DNA of 64,000 bases from Nitrospinales bacterium (lineage in GTDB: Bacteria; Nitrospinota; Nitrospinia; Nitrospinales; VA-1): positions 1,824,001-1,888,000 of the forward strand of contig CBDCXL010000002.1 in the NCBI GenBank assembly GCA_965223795.1. Direction: 5' to 3'. How positions within the stretch are numbered: position 1 is the first letter of the stretch; each line of letters starts with the position of its first letter. The notes below the pieces were generated by a model, which searched no databases, was not told the DNA's origin, and saw nothing but the letters and a program-made list of their open reading frames with translations. A program made the translations under genes and the position numbers. Positions 18,313 to 28,389 of the stretch are shown in pieces.

Positions 18313-19329
18313 TCATCCCTCTCCGTTTGCATTCTTGAAACACAACCTGAGGACCAGCGATTCCAGAATCGCCTGCGGGTCGCCGCCGGATGTTTTGAGT
18401 TTCCGGTCCGCTTCCGCAAGATACTGGAAGCTGCGCTTGAGTTCCTGCCTTGTGAAATTTTCCGTGTAACGGATCGCCTTTTCCACGAGAAACGGTTTCG
18501 CGCCCATTTCCTGAGCGATGCGCGCGGCCGGAAGCTTTCTCCCCTTGAGCGCCTTGACTTCCCAGAGCACGCGGAACTGCCAGGCGATCGATCCCATCAC
18601 CTTGATCGGGTCTTCACCGTGATCGAGCTGGTTGTGCAGCAGCCTTAAGGCTCTTTCTCCGTTTTTGTCCTTCAGTGCATCCGTCAGCGCGAACGCGTTT
18701 TCCTGCCTGCTCTCGCCCACCACCCGCGAAGCCTCTTCTTCCGTCACGGTGCGGTTTTTCCCCGCGAAGGTCAGCACCTTTTCCAGCTCCGATGCGAGGA
18801 TGCCGGGTTTTGGGCCCGTTCGGGCAATCAGGATGTTCGCGGCTTCGCCGGACAGCCGGTAGCCCTGCGCTTCCGCCCGCTTTTTCAGCCAGGGCAGGAG
18901 CGCCGATTCCCTGGGAGCGGCGCACTCCACCGCAAAGGATTCCTTGCACAGGGTTTTGAATATTTTTTTCTTGCGGTCTGCTTTGAGAGCGGTCAGCACC
19001 AGGCAGCTTTCCGGCGCCGGGTCCTTGACGTAGGCAATCAGGGCGTCCGCCTCTTTGGGTGTCAGGGTGATCTCGTGCAGGTCGCGCACCAGCACCAGCT
19101 TGGTGCCTCCGAGAAAGGAGAAGGTTTTGGCGGCGGCGATCCAGTCCTGCACGCCGGTGGTCTTGACATCCAGGGATTCGTGGTTGAATTCGCGGTTGTC
19201 CGCAGTGATCAGTTTGCCGGTGAGGCTGTGGATGATTTCCGTGTGGTAAAAGGTCTCTTCCCCGAAAAGGAAGTAGCAGGGACGGACCTTATCCTGCTCG
19301 ATTTCCTGTAAAGCGGCTTGCGGGGTCAA
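18313..19329 (-). CDS. holA: DNA polymerase III delta subunit
   Basis: YFLFGEE, ELEKV, conserved leuS-lptE-holA synteny. Confidence 0.93.
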   Translation of the reverse strand: MTPQAALQEIEQDKVRPCYFLFGEETFYHTEIIHSLTGKLITADNREFNHESLDVKTTGVQDWIAAAKTFSFLGGTKLVLVRDLHEITLTPKEADALIAYVKDPAPESCLVLTALKADRKKKIFKTLCKESFAVECAAPRESALLPWLKKRAEAQGYRLSGEAANILIARTGPKPGILASELEKVLTFAGKNRTVTEEEASRVVGESRQENAFALTDALKDKNGERALRLLHNQLDHGEDPIKVMGSIAWQFRVLWEVKALKGRKLPAARIAQEMGAKPFLVEKAIRYTENFTRQELKRSFQYLAEADRKLKTSGGDPQAILESLVLRLCFKNANGEG

Positions 19330-19342
19330 CGGGGGCGAAGGA

Positions 19343-19867
19343 CTAGAACTGGTCGATGACGATGCTCACCAGCCGGTTGGCCAGGTCTTTGTAGGCGTCG
19401 TTCAGGGCCGTCTGGCGGGCGGCCTCGGAGTTGATCACATCCGCGCTGGAGCGGAAATCCCATTTGGTGTTGAACTTCTGCTTGAGGAACGATTTCTTTT
19501 TCACCTGATCGTTGACTTTGATGTCGACGCCCAGCTCCACGTAATATTCCGAGGCCTGATCGCTGGTGTTGAAGGACACGGCGCGCAGATTGTAATGGTT
19601 CAGACTGCCGCGCATCAGAAGGTCCGCCTGCGCGGTTTCGACCACTTTTAAGCGGCCGTCGGTGATGAACGATTCGCGGATGACGTTGGTGAGATCGCGG
19701 TGGATCTCCGGTTCGGACGAGACGTTCTTGAAAACCGGAATGGCCACGGTTTTCAGATGCGGCGGCAGGGTGTTCTGGGTGCCCGCAAGGTGGTAGCCGC
19801 AGCCCGTGAGAAACAGCAGCAGGGCCCATCCCCAGCCGAGAACGGCGGGACATTTTGAAGAATTCAT
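19343..19867 (-). CDS. lptE: LPS assembly lipoprotein LptE
   Basis: Lipobox LTGCGYH; position between leuS and holA. Confidence 0.88.
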   Translation of the reverse strand: MNSSKCPAVLGWGWALLLFLTGCGYHLAGTQNTLPPHLKTVAIPVFKNVSSEPEIHRDLTNVIRESFITDGRLKVVETAQADLLMRGSLNHYNLRAVSFNTSDQASEYYVELGVDIKVNDQVKKKSFLKQKFNTKWDFRSSADVINSEAARQTALNDAYKDLANRLVSIVIDQF

Positions 19868-22365
19868 TTGGCGACGATGTTGATGAGTTTTTTGGGCACC
19901 ACGATCACCTTTTTGATTTCCTTGCCGCGGGTCAGTTCGAGGATCTTTTCATCCTCAAGCGCGCGCGATTTGAGGCTTTCTTCGGCGATGTCCGCGTTGA
20001 CGGTGATCTTTTGCCTTACCTTACCATTGACCTGAACCACAATCAACATCTCCTCGGACTCGATGAGCCGCTCGTCGAAGCCGGGCCAGGGAACGTCGCC
20101 GACGCTTTGCGAGTACCCCAACAGTGATCCCATCTCCTCGGCGATGTGCGGCGCGAACGGGTTCAGCACGCACACCAGCGTTTCGAACGCTTCCTTGACG
20201 ACGGCGCGTGCGGCCTCGCCGGATTGTTTCTGAACCGCCCAGGTCTCGCGGAAGGCATAGAGGTGGTTGACCAGCTCCATCGAGGCGGCGATGGCGGTGT
20301 TGAACTGCAGGCGGTTGGCGATGTCGTCGGTCACGCGCTTGAGCGTGACGTGGGTTTTGCGGCGCAGCTCCTTGAGTTCCTTGCTGAGCTCCGCGTCCGC
20401 CGCGGGGAGCGCCGCAGGCGATTTGATGTCCTCTAAAAATTCGGTGAAGATGCGCCACACGCGTTTGAGAAAACGCGAGCAGCCTTCCACGCCTTGGTCG
20501 CTCCATTCCAGGTCCTTGACCGGCGGCGCGGCGAACAGGATGAACAGCCGCGCCGTGTCGGCGCCGTAGCGTTCGATGATGGCGTCCGGATCGACGACGT
20601 TGCCTTTGGACTTGGACATCTTGGCGCCGTCCTTGATCACCATGCCCTGGGTGAGCAGCCGGGAAAACGGCTCCGGCGACGCCACCAGGCCGAGGTCGCG
20701 GAAAACGAGGTGAAAAAACCGCGAGTACAACAGGTGCAGGATGGCGTGTTCGATGCCGCCGACGTACTGATCCACCGGCATCCAGTATTCGACGTCCTGT
20801 CTGGCGAACGCCTCGCTGTCGTTGCGCGGCGAGGTGAAGCGGTCGAAATACCACGATGAGCAGATGAAGGTGTCGAGCGTGTCGGTTTCGCGTTTGGCGG
20901 GCTTTCCGCATTTGGGACAGACTGTGTCGGTGAATTCGGAAAGCCCGGCGAGCGGGGACTGGCCGCGCGGGCCGAGCTTTGCGTTCAGCGGCAGCTCGAC
21001 GGGAAGCTCGCTTTCGGGCACGGGCACGATGCCGCAGCCCGGACAGTGGATGACGGGGATGGGCGTGCCCCAGTAACGCTGGCGCGAGACGCCCCAGTCG
21101 CGCAGTTTGTAATTGATGGTCGCCTTGCCCAGCCCGTTCGTTTCCAGGTACTCGCACACCTTGGCGATGCCCTCCTGGCCGAACGCACCGTCGAACGGAC
21201 CCGAATCGACCATCGTGCCTTCCTGGGTGTAGGCCTCGGTCATCGTCGCGGCGTCGAGGGTTTCATCGGGCGGCGCGATCACCACCTTTACGGGCAATCC
21301 GTACTTGCGGGCGAAATCGAGGTCGCGCTGATCGTGCGCCGGTACCGACATGATGGCGCCGGTGCCGTATTCCATGAGGACGAAATTGGCAGACCAGATC
21401 GGGATGGTTTCCTTCGTCAGCGGATTGATGGCGTGCGCTCCGGTGAAGATGCCCAGCTTTTCACCGGTCTCGCTGGTGCGGGAGAACTTGTCCTCGCGCG
21501 CCGCCTGCTCGATGAACGCGTCGACGGCCTTCTCCTGCCCGGTGCCGCGGGAGAGTGTTTTGGTCAACGGGTGCTCGGGCGAAAGCACCATGAACGTCGC
21601 GCCGTACAGGGTGTCCGGACGCGTCGTGAAAATTTTGATGACCGTGTCGGACCCGGCGATGGGGAAATCCACCTCGGCGCCGCGGCTTTTGCCGATCCAG
21701 TGTGTCTGCATGGCCAGCACCTGTTCCGGCCACCCGCCCGCGAGCTGCTCGACACCCTGCAACAGGCGGTCGGCGTAGTCGGTGATTTTGAAGAACCAGC
21801 CCTGCTGCTGCTTCTGCTGCACCTGGCCGTCGCAGCGCCAGCACTGTCCGTCCACCACCTGCTCGTTGGCGAGCACGGTCTGGCAGGATTCGCACCAGTT
21901 GACCGTCGCCAGCTTGCGGTAGACCAGGCCCTTCTCCATGAACTTCAAGAAGCACCACTGGTTCCACTTGTAGTATTCCGGCCGGCAGGTGGCGATCTCG
22001 CGGTCCCAGTCGTAGCTGAACCCGAGCTTTTTGATCTGGGCGCGCATGGTGCGGATGTTTTCGAACGTCCACTCGGCGGGGTGGGTGTTGTTCTGGATGG
22101 CGGCGTTCTCGGCGGGCATGCCGAACGCGTCCCAGCCCAGGGGATGCAGCACGTTGAACCCCTGCATGCGCTTGAAGCGGGCGACCGCGTCGCCGATGGC
22201 GTAGTTGCGCACATGACCCATGTGGATGCGGCCCGAGGGATAGGGGAACATCTCCAGGAGGTAATATTTTTTCCTGGTGGAATCGCGCTCGACCTTGAAG
22301 GTTTTTTCCGCTTCCCACCGCTTCTGCCATTTCGCTTCGATGGCCTTGAAATCGTATTGCTGCAT
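19864..22365 (-). CDS. leuS: Leucine--tRNA ligase
   Basis: MFPYPSGRIHMGH, FTTRPDT, SRQRYWG, KMSKS; ATG 22365 with GGAGG RBS. Confidence 0.99.
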   Translation of the reverse strand: MQQYDFKAIEAKWQKRWEAEKTFKVERDSTRKKYYLLEMFPYPSGRIHMGHVRNYAIGDAVARFKRMQGFNVLHPLGWDAFGMPAENAAIQNNTHPAEWTFENIRTMRAQIKKLGFSYDWDREIATCRPEYYKWNQWCFLKFMEKGLVYRKLATVNWCESCQTVLANEQVVDGQCWRCDGQVQQKQQQGWFFKITDYADRLLQGVEQLAGGWPEQVLAMQTHWIGKSRGAEVDFPIAGSDTVIKIFTTRPDTLYGATFMVLSPEHPLTKTLSRGTGQEKAVDAFIEQAAREDKFSRTSETGEKLGIFTGAHAINPLTKETIPIWSANFVLMEYGTGAIMSVPAHDQRDLDFARKYGLPVKVVIAPPDETLDAATMTEAYTQEGTMVDSGPFDGAFGQEGIAKVCEYLETNGLGKATINYKLRDWGVSRQRYWGTPIPVIHCPGCGIVPVPESELPVELPLNAKLGPRGQSPLAGLSEFTDTVCPKCGKPAKRETDTLDTFICSSWYFDRFTSPRNDSEAFARQDVEYWMPVDQYVGGIEHAILHLLYSRFFHLVFRDLGLVASPEPFSRLLTQGMVIKDGAKMSKSKGNVVDPDAIIERYGADTARLFILFAAPPVKDLEWSDQGVEGCSRFLKRVWRIFTEFLEDIKSPAALPAADAELSKELKELRRKTHVTLKRVTDDIANRLQFNTAIAASMELVNHLYAFRETWAVQKQSGEAARAVVKEAFETLVCVLNPFAPHIAEEMGSLLGYSQSVGDVPWPGFDERLIESEEMLIVVQVNGKVRQKITVNADIAEESLKSRALEDEKILELTRGKEIKKVIVVPKKLINIVAK

Positions 22366-22536
22366 CAAAAAAATCGCCTCCCGGAATTTGAAAGGGGTTA
22401 TAGTAGCTAAATTCCGGGCACAAATCCAGCCCGGCCCCACGAAGGGGAGACGTCATCGGGCAGGCACGGCAGGCGTTTTCGACATTCGGGCCGGCCGCCG
22501 GGACCGCGTTTTTCCGCCATTCCCATCGAAGATACC

Positions 22537-23976
22537 ATGACCGAACTCACTGGAGCCATCGCGGCGGTCTTCGTTCTCTATGTGCTGTTGATGCTGGGGA
22601 TCGGCGTCGTCACCTCAAGGGCCACGCGTTCTCCGGCGGACTTTTTTCTCGCCGACCGTTCGCTCAAAGCCTGGGTGACGGCGGTGTCCTCCACCGCAAG
22701 CTCGGAAAGCGCCTGGGCGGTGCTGGGCACGGTGGGGCTGGCTTATAAAGAAGGACTCTCGGCAATGTGGTTTCTGCCGGGCTGCCTGATGGGGTACGCG
22801 ATCAACTGGCTGTTGATCGCCGAACCGCTGCGCAAGCACTCGCACGAAACCCACGCGCTCACCGTTCCCGATTACCTCGAATCGCATTTCAACGACAAGA
22901 CGCACGCGCTGCGCATCGTTTCGGTCGTCATCATCTTCGCCAGCATGATGGCCTACGTGGCGGCGCAGTTCACCGCCATCGGCAAGACCTTCGACGCGAT
23001 CTTCGGCGTGCCGCATGTGTGGAGCATCGCGATCGGCGGCACCATCGTTATCGTCTACACGATGATGGGCGGGTTCCGCGCGGTGGCGTGGACGGACTTC
23101 GTGCAGGGGCTCATCATGGTGTTCGGCATCGTGGTGCTGGCGCTGGTCGCGGTGGCGGAGCTGGGCGGGTTCGGCGGCATGACGGAAAAGGTCGGAACGG
23201 AAAGTCCCGACACGCTGGCCTGGATGGGCGGCAAGACCACGGCGGTGTTTTTCGGGTCGCTGGTGGGGCTGCTCGGCATCGGCCTCGGCTATCCCGGCCA
23301 GCCGCATGTGCTCACGCGCTACATGGCGGCGAAGGACACGAAAACCATCGAGCGCGGCATCTGGATCGCGATGGGCTGGGGGCTGTTGATCTACAGCTCC
23401 GCCATCCTGCTGGGCATCGCCGGCACGGCGCTGTTTCCGGGGCTGGACGATCCGGAACACCTGTTCCCGCGCGCGGCGGAATCGCTGCTGCCCACGGTGG
23501 TCACGGCGGTGGTCCTCACCGGCGTGCTCGCGGCCATCATGTCCACGGTATCGGCGCAGATCATCGTCGCGGCGTCGGCGGCGGCGCACGACATCTATGC
23601 GAAGCTGTTGAAAGGCGCGCTTTCGGATCGGGCGCAGATCCGGGTGGCGCGGCTGACGGTGCTGGTGCTTGGACTGGGCGCGATGGCGATCGCGCTCACG
23701 AAAACGCGGGTCATCTTCTGGTTCGTGCTGTTCGCCTGGTCCGGCCTCGGGGCCAGCTTCGGTCCGGTCATCCTGTTCACCCTGTACTGGAAGAGAGTCA
23801 CCCGGCAGGGCGCGCTGGCGGGCATGCTGACGGGATTCCTCACCACCATCGTGTGGAAGGTTTCCGGCCTTTCGGACGCGGTGATCTACGAGCTGGTGCC
23901 GGCGTTTCTGCTTGCCTCGCTGGCGGTGTGGTTCGTCAGCCTGCGCACCGGCGGCGCGCAAACGAAGAACGCTTGA
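22537..23976 (+). CDS. putP: Sodium/proline symporter (SSS family)
   Basis: GGFRAVAWTDFVQG, GLGYPGQPH, AWSGLGASFGP motifs, about 13 TM; substrate is inferred. Confidence 0.85.
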   Translation: MTELTGAIAAVFVLYVLLMLGIGVVTSRATRSPADFFLADRSLKAWVTAVSSTASSESAWAVLGTVGLAYKEGLSAMWFLPGCLMGYAINWLLIAEPLRKHSHETHALTVPDYLESHFNDKTHALRIVSVVIIFASMMAYVAAQFTAIGKTFDAIFGVPHVWSIAIGGTIVIVYTMMGGFRAVAWTDFVQGLIMVFGIVVLALVAVAELGGFGGMTEKVGTESPDTLAWMGGKTTAVFFGSLVGLLGIGLGYPGQPHVLTRYMAAKDTKTIERGIWIAMGWGLLIYSSAILLGIAGTALFPGLDDPEHLFPRAAESLLPTVVTAVVLTGVLAAIMSTVSAQIIVAASAAAHDIYAKLLKGALSDRAQIRVARLTVLVLGLGAMAIALTKTRVIFWFVLFAWSGLGASFGPVILFTLYWKRVTRQGALAGMLTGFLTTIVWKVSGLSDAVIYELVPAFLLASLAVWFVSLRTGGAQTKNA

Positions 23977-23996
23977 CGCGCAATTCTTTTCCCAAT

Positions 23997-25289
23997 TCAT
24001 CCAACATTCAATGTTTCCAGAATGATTCCGGCCATGCGCGCGGATGCGCCCCGGTGGTTTTCGATCAGCGCGGGTGCGCCTGCGGCAATGCGGGAGCGCG
24101 CGGCTTCGTCGTCGAGCAGACGCGTCAGGGTTTCGGTCATCTCCTGCTCGTTGCGCACTTCAAAGGCGCAGCCCTGTTCCTGAAATTCCGTTGCCAATGG
24201 ACGGAAGTTTTCGATGTGGGGTCCGTGCAGGACCGGAATGCCGCAGGCGGCCGGTTCCATCAGGCTGTGGCCGCCGCCCGGCGGCAGCAGGCTCCTGCCG
24301 ACGAAGGCGATCTGGGCGATGGCGTAAGCGGATGCGAGTTCGCCCATCGTGTCGAGCAGCAGCACGTCGCGCACTTCGGCATGGGCGGGATCGATTCTGG
24401 AACGCCGTGCGAACGGGATCTTGCGCCGGGTCAGCAGGGCGGTGAGATCGCCGATCCGTTCCAGCCGTCTGGGCGCGAGGATCAACAGCAGATCCGGGAA
24501 ACGGCTTTTCAGTTTTTGATGGACGCTCAAAACGATTTCTTCTTCTCCCGCGTGCGTGCTCCCGGCCACCCAGACGCGGCCGGAGTCGGGAATGCGAAGT
24601 TCGTTGCGGATCGCGGTTCGTTCCTGCGGCGGGATGATTTGCAATCCGTCGAATTTGGGATCGCCGGTCACCTGCACGCGTGCGCGGTCCACACCCAATA
24701 CACGCATCGCTTCGGCGCCGCCGGCGTTGTTCATGCCGAGCAGGTCGAAGCGGTTGAACACGGTGCGGAAAAAGGAACGCAATACCTGGTAGCGGCGCAG
24801 CGACCTTTTGGAGATGCGGCCGTTGAACAGCAGCGCCGGGATCTTTTTGCGATCCAAATGATGCAGAAAGCCGGGCCAGAATCCGGTGTCCATGAGCACG
24901 AACAGGTCCGGACGGATGCGCTCGACCGCCGCCTTGTTGCAAGGCCAGGCGTCGTGGGGATGAAAAAAAATCCGGTCCGCAAAATCGAGGTGCTGTTGCG
25001 CGCCGTCGTAACCTGTGTCGGTGGTGACCGAGACCGCGATGCGGATGCCGGGCGCTTTCTGTTTGAGAGCGTGGAGAACCGGTCTGGCGGCGGTCACTTC
25101 TCCGAGAGACAACGCGTGCAGCCACAGGGTCGGGGTGTCCGGCAAATCCGCTTCCGGCAGCGGCGGCACAAAGCCCAGGCGGTGCCAGAGACCCCTTCTT
25201 TTTTTGCCGGTCGTAAGAGCGTGGATGAACGAAAACGGCGCTGCCAGCAGGACAGCCAGCGTGGAAATGATGTGGTACAGCGGCATCAT
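23997..25289 (-). CDS. waaA: 3-deoxy-D-manno-octulosonic acid transferase-like protein, divergent copy
   Basis: WLHALSLGE, NGRIS, WVAGSTH, DTMGEL, GGHSLMEPA. Confidence 0.88.
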   Translation of the reverse strand: MMPLYHIISTLAVLLAAPFSFIHALTTGKKRRGLWHRLGFVPPLPEADLPDTPTLWLHALSLGEVTAARPVLHALKQKAPGIRIAVSVTTDTGYDGAQQHLDFADRIFFHPHDAWPCNKAAVERIRPDLFVLMDTGFWPGFLHHLDRKKIPALLFNGRISKRSLRRYQVLRSFFRTVFNRFDLLGMNNAGGAEAMRVLGVDRARVQVTGDPKFDGLQIIPPQERTAIRNELRIPDSGRVWVAGSTHAGEEEIVLSVHQKLKSRFPDLLLILAPRRLERIGDLTALLTRRKIPFARRSRIDPAHAEVRDVLLLDTMGELASAYAIAQIAFVGRSLLPPGGGHSLMEPAACGIPVLHGPHIENFRPLATEFQEQGCAFEVRNEQEMTETLTRLLDDEAARSRIAAGAPALIENHRGASARMAGIILETLNVG

Positions 25290-25356
25290 GGGAAGGGATT
25301 TACTTCCGCTCCGCATGCGGGGACGCGGAGGCCGGAAGGTGGATGCAGGGAATGGA

Positions 25357-26646
25357 TCATGCGCGGTGTTCCGGGGCGGTGTTCGAAATGGAACGGCGGA
25401 GTTTGCGAATCCATTCGATGTTTTTTTTCACCGCGCCGCGGTTTTTTTCGACGGTTTCTCTGGCGAGCCTGCCGCGGCGCATTCGTTCGTCAGGGTCGGT
25501 CAGGAGTTTTTGCAGAACGGTCTCAAGCTGTTCGGGACGTTCGATCTGGATACCGCCTCCCGCTTCGCGCAGCAGCCGCGCTTCTTCCTCGAAATTGTTC
25601 ATGTGCCTGCCGTACACGACGGGCAGGCCGAAACCGGCGGGTTCCAGAATATTGTGTCCGCCGAAGCGCGGGTTGAAGCCGCCGCCCACGAAGGCGACGG
25701 CGGCCCGGGCGTAAAAGGAATTCAGCGCGCCCAGTGTGTTGAGCAGGATCAACGTCCCCTCTTTGCCGTTGGCGTCGGCTTGCGTGTTCGTGTGCAACGC
25801 GTATTCGACGTTGTAGTCCGCGATCAACTGCTCCACTTCCTGACAGCGTTCCAGATGGCGCGGGGCGATGACGACGTTGAGCGACGGCACCGATTCGCGC
25901 AGCTTCAGCACCGCATCGAGAATCGGTCCTTCGTCGCCGGGACGGGTCGAACCGCACACCAGCCACGGTGCGGTTGCGGAGACATCTTTTACGGCGTGCG
26001 CGCATTCGGGATCGCTTTGCGCGTCGAACTTGACGTTGCCGGTCACGGAAATTTTTTCGTCGTCGACTCCCAGTGAGCGCAGGCGATCCGCGTCGATTTT
26101 AGAGCGCATGGAAAAATGCGTCACCGCACCGGCGAGCCATTGGAAGAACGGCCGCACCGCCGCGTAACGGCTGCGGGATGTTTCCGACATGCGGCCGTTG
26201 GCGAGCAGCACCGGAACTTTTCTTTGTTTCAACACACCCAGCAGCGACGGCCACAATTCCGCTTCGATCAGAACCAAAATAGAGGGTTGAAGTTTGTCGA
26301 GCAGTGGCTTGAGCCACAAGGGGTGGTCGAACGGCAGGCGGAACACCGGGACGCCGCTTTCCTTTTGCGCCAGCTCGAATCCGGTGCGGGTGAAGGTGGA
26401 CAGCACGATGGGCGCGGCGTCGTCCTCCTGCTTGAGGGCGCGGATGAGCAGCTGCGCCGCCCGCACCTCGCCGACGGACGATGCGTGCAGCCACAGGCAG
26501 CCCGGTGCCGGTTGCAAATCGCTGCCGCCTTTGTGGCGCGCCCACATTTCTTTGCGAAAGCCGGAGTCGAACGCAAACCGTATGATAACGAAGGGGAATG
26601 CAGTTAGCAGGGCGGCGCTGAGGATGATAGAATACGCGAATTGCAT
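25357..26646 (-). CDS. waaA: 3-deoxy-D-manno-octulosonic acid transferase, near-canonical copy
   Basis: WLHASSVGE, EAELWP, GNVKFD, APRHLER, GGHNILEPA. Confidence 0.92.
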   Translation of the reverse strand: MQFAYSIILSAALLTAFPFVIIRFAFDSGFRKEMWARHKGGSDLQPAPGCLWLHASSVGEVRAAQLLIRALKQEDDAAPIVLSTFTRTGFELAQKESGVPVFRLPFDHPLWLKPLLDKLQPSILVLIEAELWPSLLGVLKQRKVPVLLANGRMSETSRSRYAAVRPFFQWLAGAVTHFSMRSKIDADRLRSLGVDDEKISVTGNVKFDAQSDPECAHAVKDVSATAPWLVCGSTRPGDEGPILDAVLKLRESVPSLNVVIAPRHLERCQEVEQLIADYNVEYALHTNTQADANGKEGTLILLNTLGALNSFYARAAVAFVGGGFNPRFGGHNILEPAGFGLPVVYGRHMNNFEEEARLLREAGGGIQIERPEQLETVLQKLLTDPDERMRRGRLARETVEKNRGAVKKNIEWIRKLRRSISNTAPEHRA

Positions 26647-26688
26647 AGCCCGGAGTATAACCCGAATCGAACGCACAGGTTTGTATTA

Positions 26689-27795
26689 ATGCAGTGGGAA
26701 AAATGGTTCTACCGCACGCTCGCCCCCGACCGGCCGCTGTACCTTGCGCCGCTTTACGCACTGCTTCGGGCGGGATCGCTGATTTACGCCCTGGGCCACC
26801 GGCTGCGCATGCGGGCCTACCGCCGCGGTCGCATCGAAGTGCTCGAGCTGCCCTGCCGCGTCGTCAGCGTCGGCAACCTGACTCTCGGCGGCACGGGCAA
26901 GACGCCGCTGGTGATCTGGATCGCGCAGGCGCTTCAGGGGCAGGGCCTGAAGCCCGCCATCCTCAGCCGCGGTTACGGCGGCACCGCGCAACAGGGCGTG
27001 AACGTGGTGAGCGACGGCGAGCGGGTGCTTCTGTCCGCAGAACAGGCGGGTGACGAACCGGTGATGCTGGCCGAACGGCTCAAGACCGTTCCGGTGCTGA
27101 CGGGGGCGGATCGCTGCGCCACGGGACGGCACGCCATCGACCGTCTGGGCGCGGACACGCTGATCCTCGACGACGGTTACCAGCGCCTGGATCTGGCACG
27201 GGACGCGAACCTGCTTTTGTTTGATGAAAAAAAACCGCTGGGCAACGGCCGCTTGTTCCCGGCGGGCATTCTGCGCGAACCGCTCACGGAAATGAAAAGG
27301 GCGGATCTGGTGGTGCTCACCCGCTGCGGCAAAGAACCTGCTTTCTCAGTATTGGATGAGATCGTTCCCGAGGAGACCCCCGTTGTGCGCACCGCGCTCA
27401 AGCTGACGGGTTTCGTGCGGCTGGGCACCGGCCGTCTGTCGGCGCCGGGTTTTCTGAAAGACAAACCGGTCGCCGCGGTGAGCGGCATCGCCAACCCGAG
27501 GGACTTTCACAACACGCTGACGAACGCCGGGGCGCGCCTCGTCTGGTCGCGTGCCTACGGAGATCATCACCGTTTCACCGCACGGGATCTGGAGGACATC
27601 GGGCAGGCGGCGAAAACGGCGGGGGCCGAGTGCCTGGTGGTGACGGAGAAGGACAGCGTCAAGTTCGACGTGCGGGAAGAAGCCGCGCTTCCGGTTTATA
27701 AAACCATCGTGGACGTGGATATCCTGGAAGGCGAGGACATCCTGACGCGGACGATCCTGGGCGGCCGCCGGGAGACCGCGCCGCGGCCGTCCTGA
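26689..27795 (+). CDS. lpxK: Tetraacyldisaccharide (lipid A) 4'-kinase
   Basis: VGNLTLGGTGKTP, LSRGYG, GDEP, LDDGYQ, PAGILRE, TEKD. Confidence 0.97.
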   Translation: MQWEKWFYRTLAPDRPLYLAPLYALLRAGSLIYALGHRLRMRAYRRGRIEVLELPCRVVSVGNLTLGGTGKTPLVIWIAQALQGQGLKPAILSRGYGGTAQQGVNVVSDGERVLLSAEQAGDEPVMLAERLKTVPVLTGADRCATGRHAIDRLGADTLILDDGYQRLDLARDANLLLFDEKKPLGNGRLFPAGILREPLTEMKRADLVVLTRCGKEPAFSVLDEIVPEETPVVRTALKLTGFVRLGTGRLSAPGFLKDKPVAAVSGIANPRDFHNTLTNAGARLVWSRAYGDHHRFTARDLEDIGQAAKTAGAECLVVTEKDSVKFDVREEAALPVYKTIVDVDILEGEDILTRTILGGRRETAPRPS

Positions 27796-27828
27796 AACGA
27801 AGGAGGCGCCGGGTGCGCGCACAGCCGC

Positions 27829-28284
27829 ATGGACTTTAAATCTCTGTCGTCGAATCAGCGGTTCGTGTTGAACGTGCTCGTTCCGTTTCTGTACCTGCTG
27901 CCGCTTCTGGTCGTCTATTTTTCTCCCAAACATTTCGGATTCGGTTTTGACGAAGTGGTGTATCTCGGCCTGTCTGTCGGGGCGTTCGGCGTCCTTCTCT
28001 GGATTCTGTCGATGCTGCATCTCGGCAAATCCCTCGCGGTGCTGCCGGGAGCGGAGGTGCTGGTGACGCACGGGGTGTACCGCTACCTGCGCCACCCGAT
28101 CTACTGGGGCATCTTCCTGACGCTGCTGGGCCTGTTCCTCGCCTGCGGTTCGGTGTTCGGCGTTGTCTATGTTTTTATGATCGTGCTGCCGCTCAACTGG
28201 TTGCGTGCGCGCGAGGAAGACAAGGCGCTGGCGGTGCGCTTCGGCGAACGCTACACCGCCTGGCGCGACAGCACCTGGCTGTGA
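27829..28284 (+). CDS. Isoprenylcysteine carboxylmethyltransferase / PEMT family membrane protein
   Basis: LVTHGVYRYLRHPIY and EEDKAL..FGERY motifs. Confidence 0.9.
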   Translation: MDFKSLSSNQRFVLNVLVPFLYLLPLLVVYFSPKHFGFGFDEVVYLGLSVGAFGVLLWILSMLHLGKSLAVLPGAEVLVTHGVYRYLRHPIYWGIFLTLLGLFLACGSVFGVVYVFMIVLPLNWLRAREEDKALAVRFGERYTAWRDSTWL

Positions 28285-28389
28285 CCGGGCTCCCGCCCGG
28301 AGGGAGAAGGGGCGACGATGAGTGGATATGAAAAGTAAGAAAGTTTTGGGCATTGCCCGCGTGTTTCTGTTCTGCCGGTTTTCACTAAC

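Noticed and set aside
22767..25676. 969-aa + strand ORF spanning putP and the waaA genes
   Set aside because: Arg/Gly/Ala-rich off-frame translation overlapping three well-supported genes.
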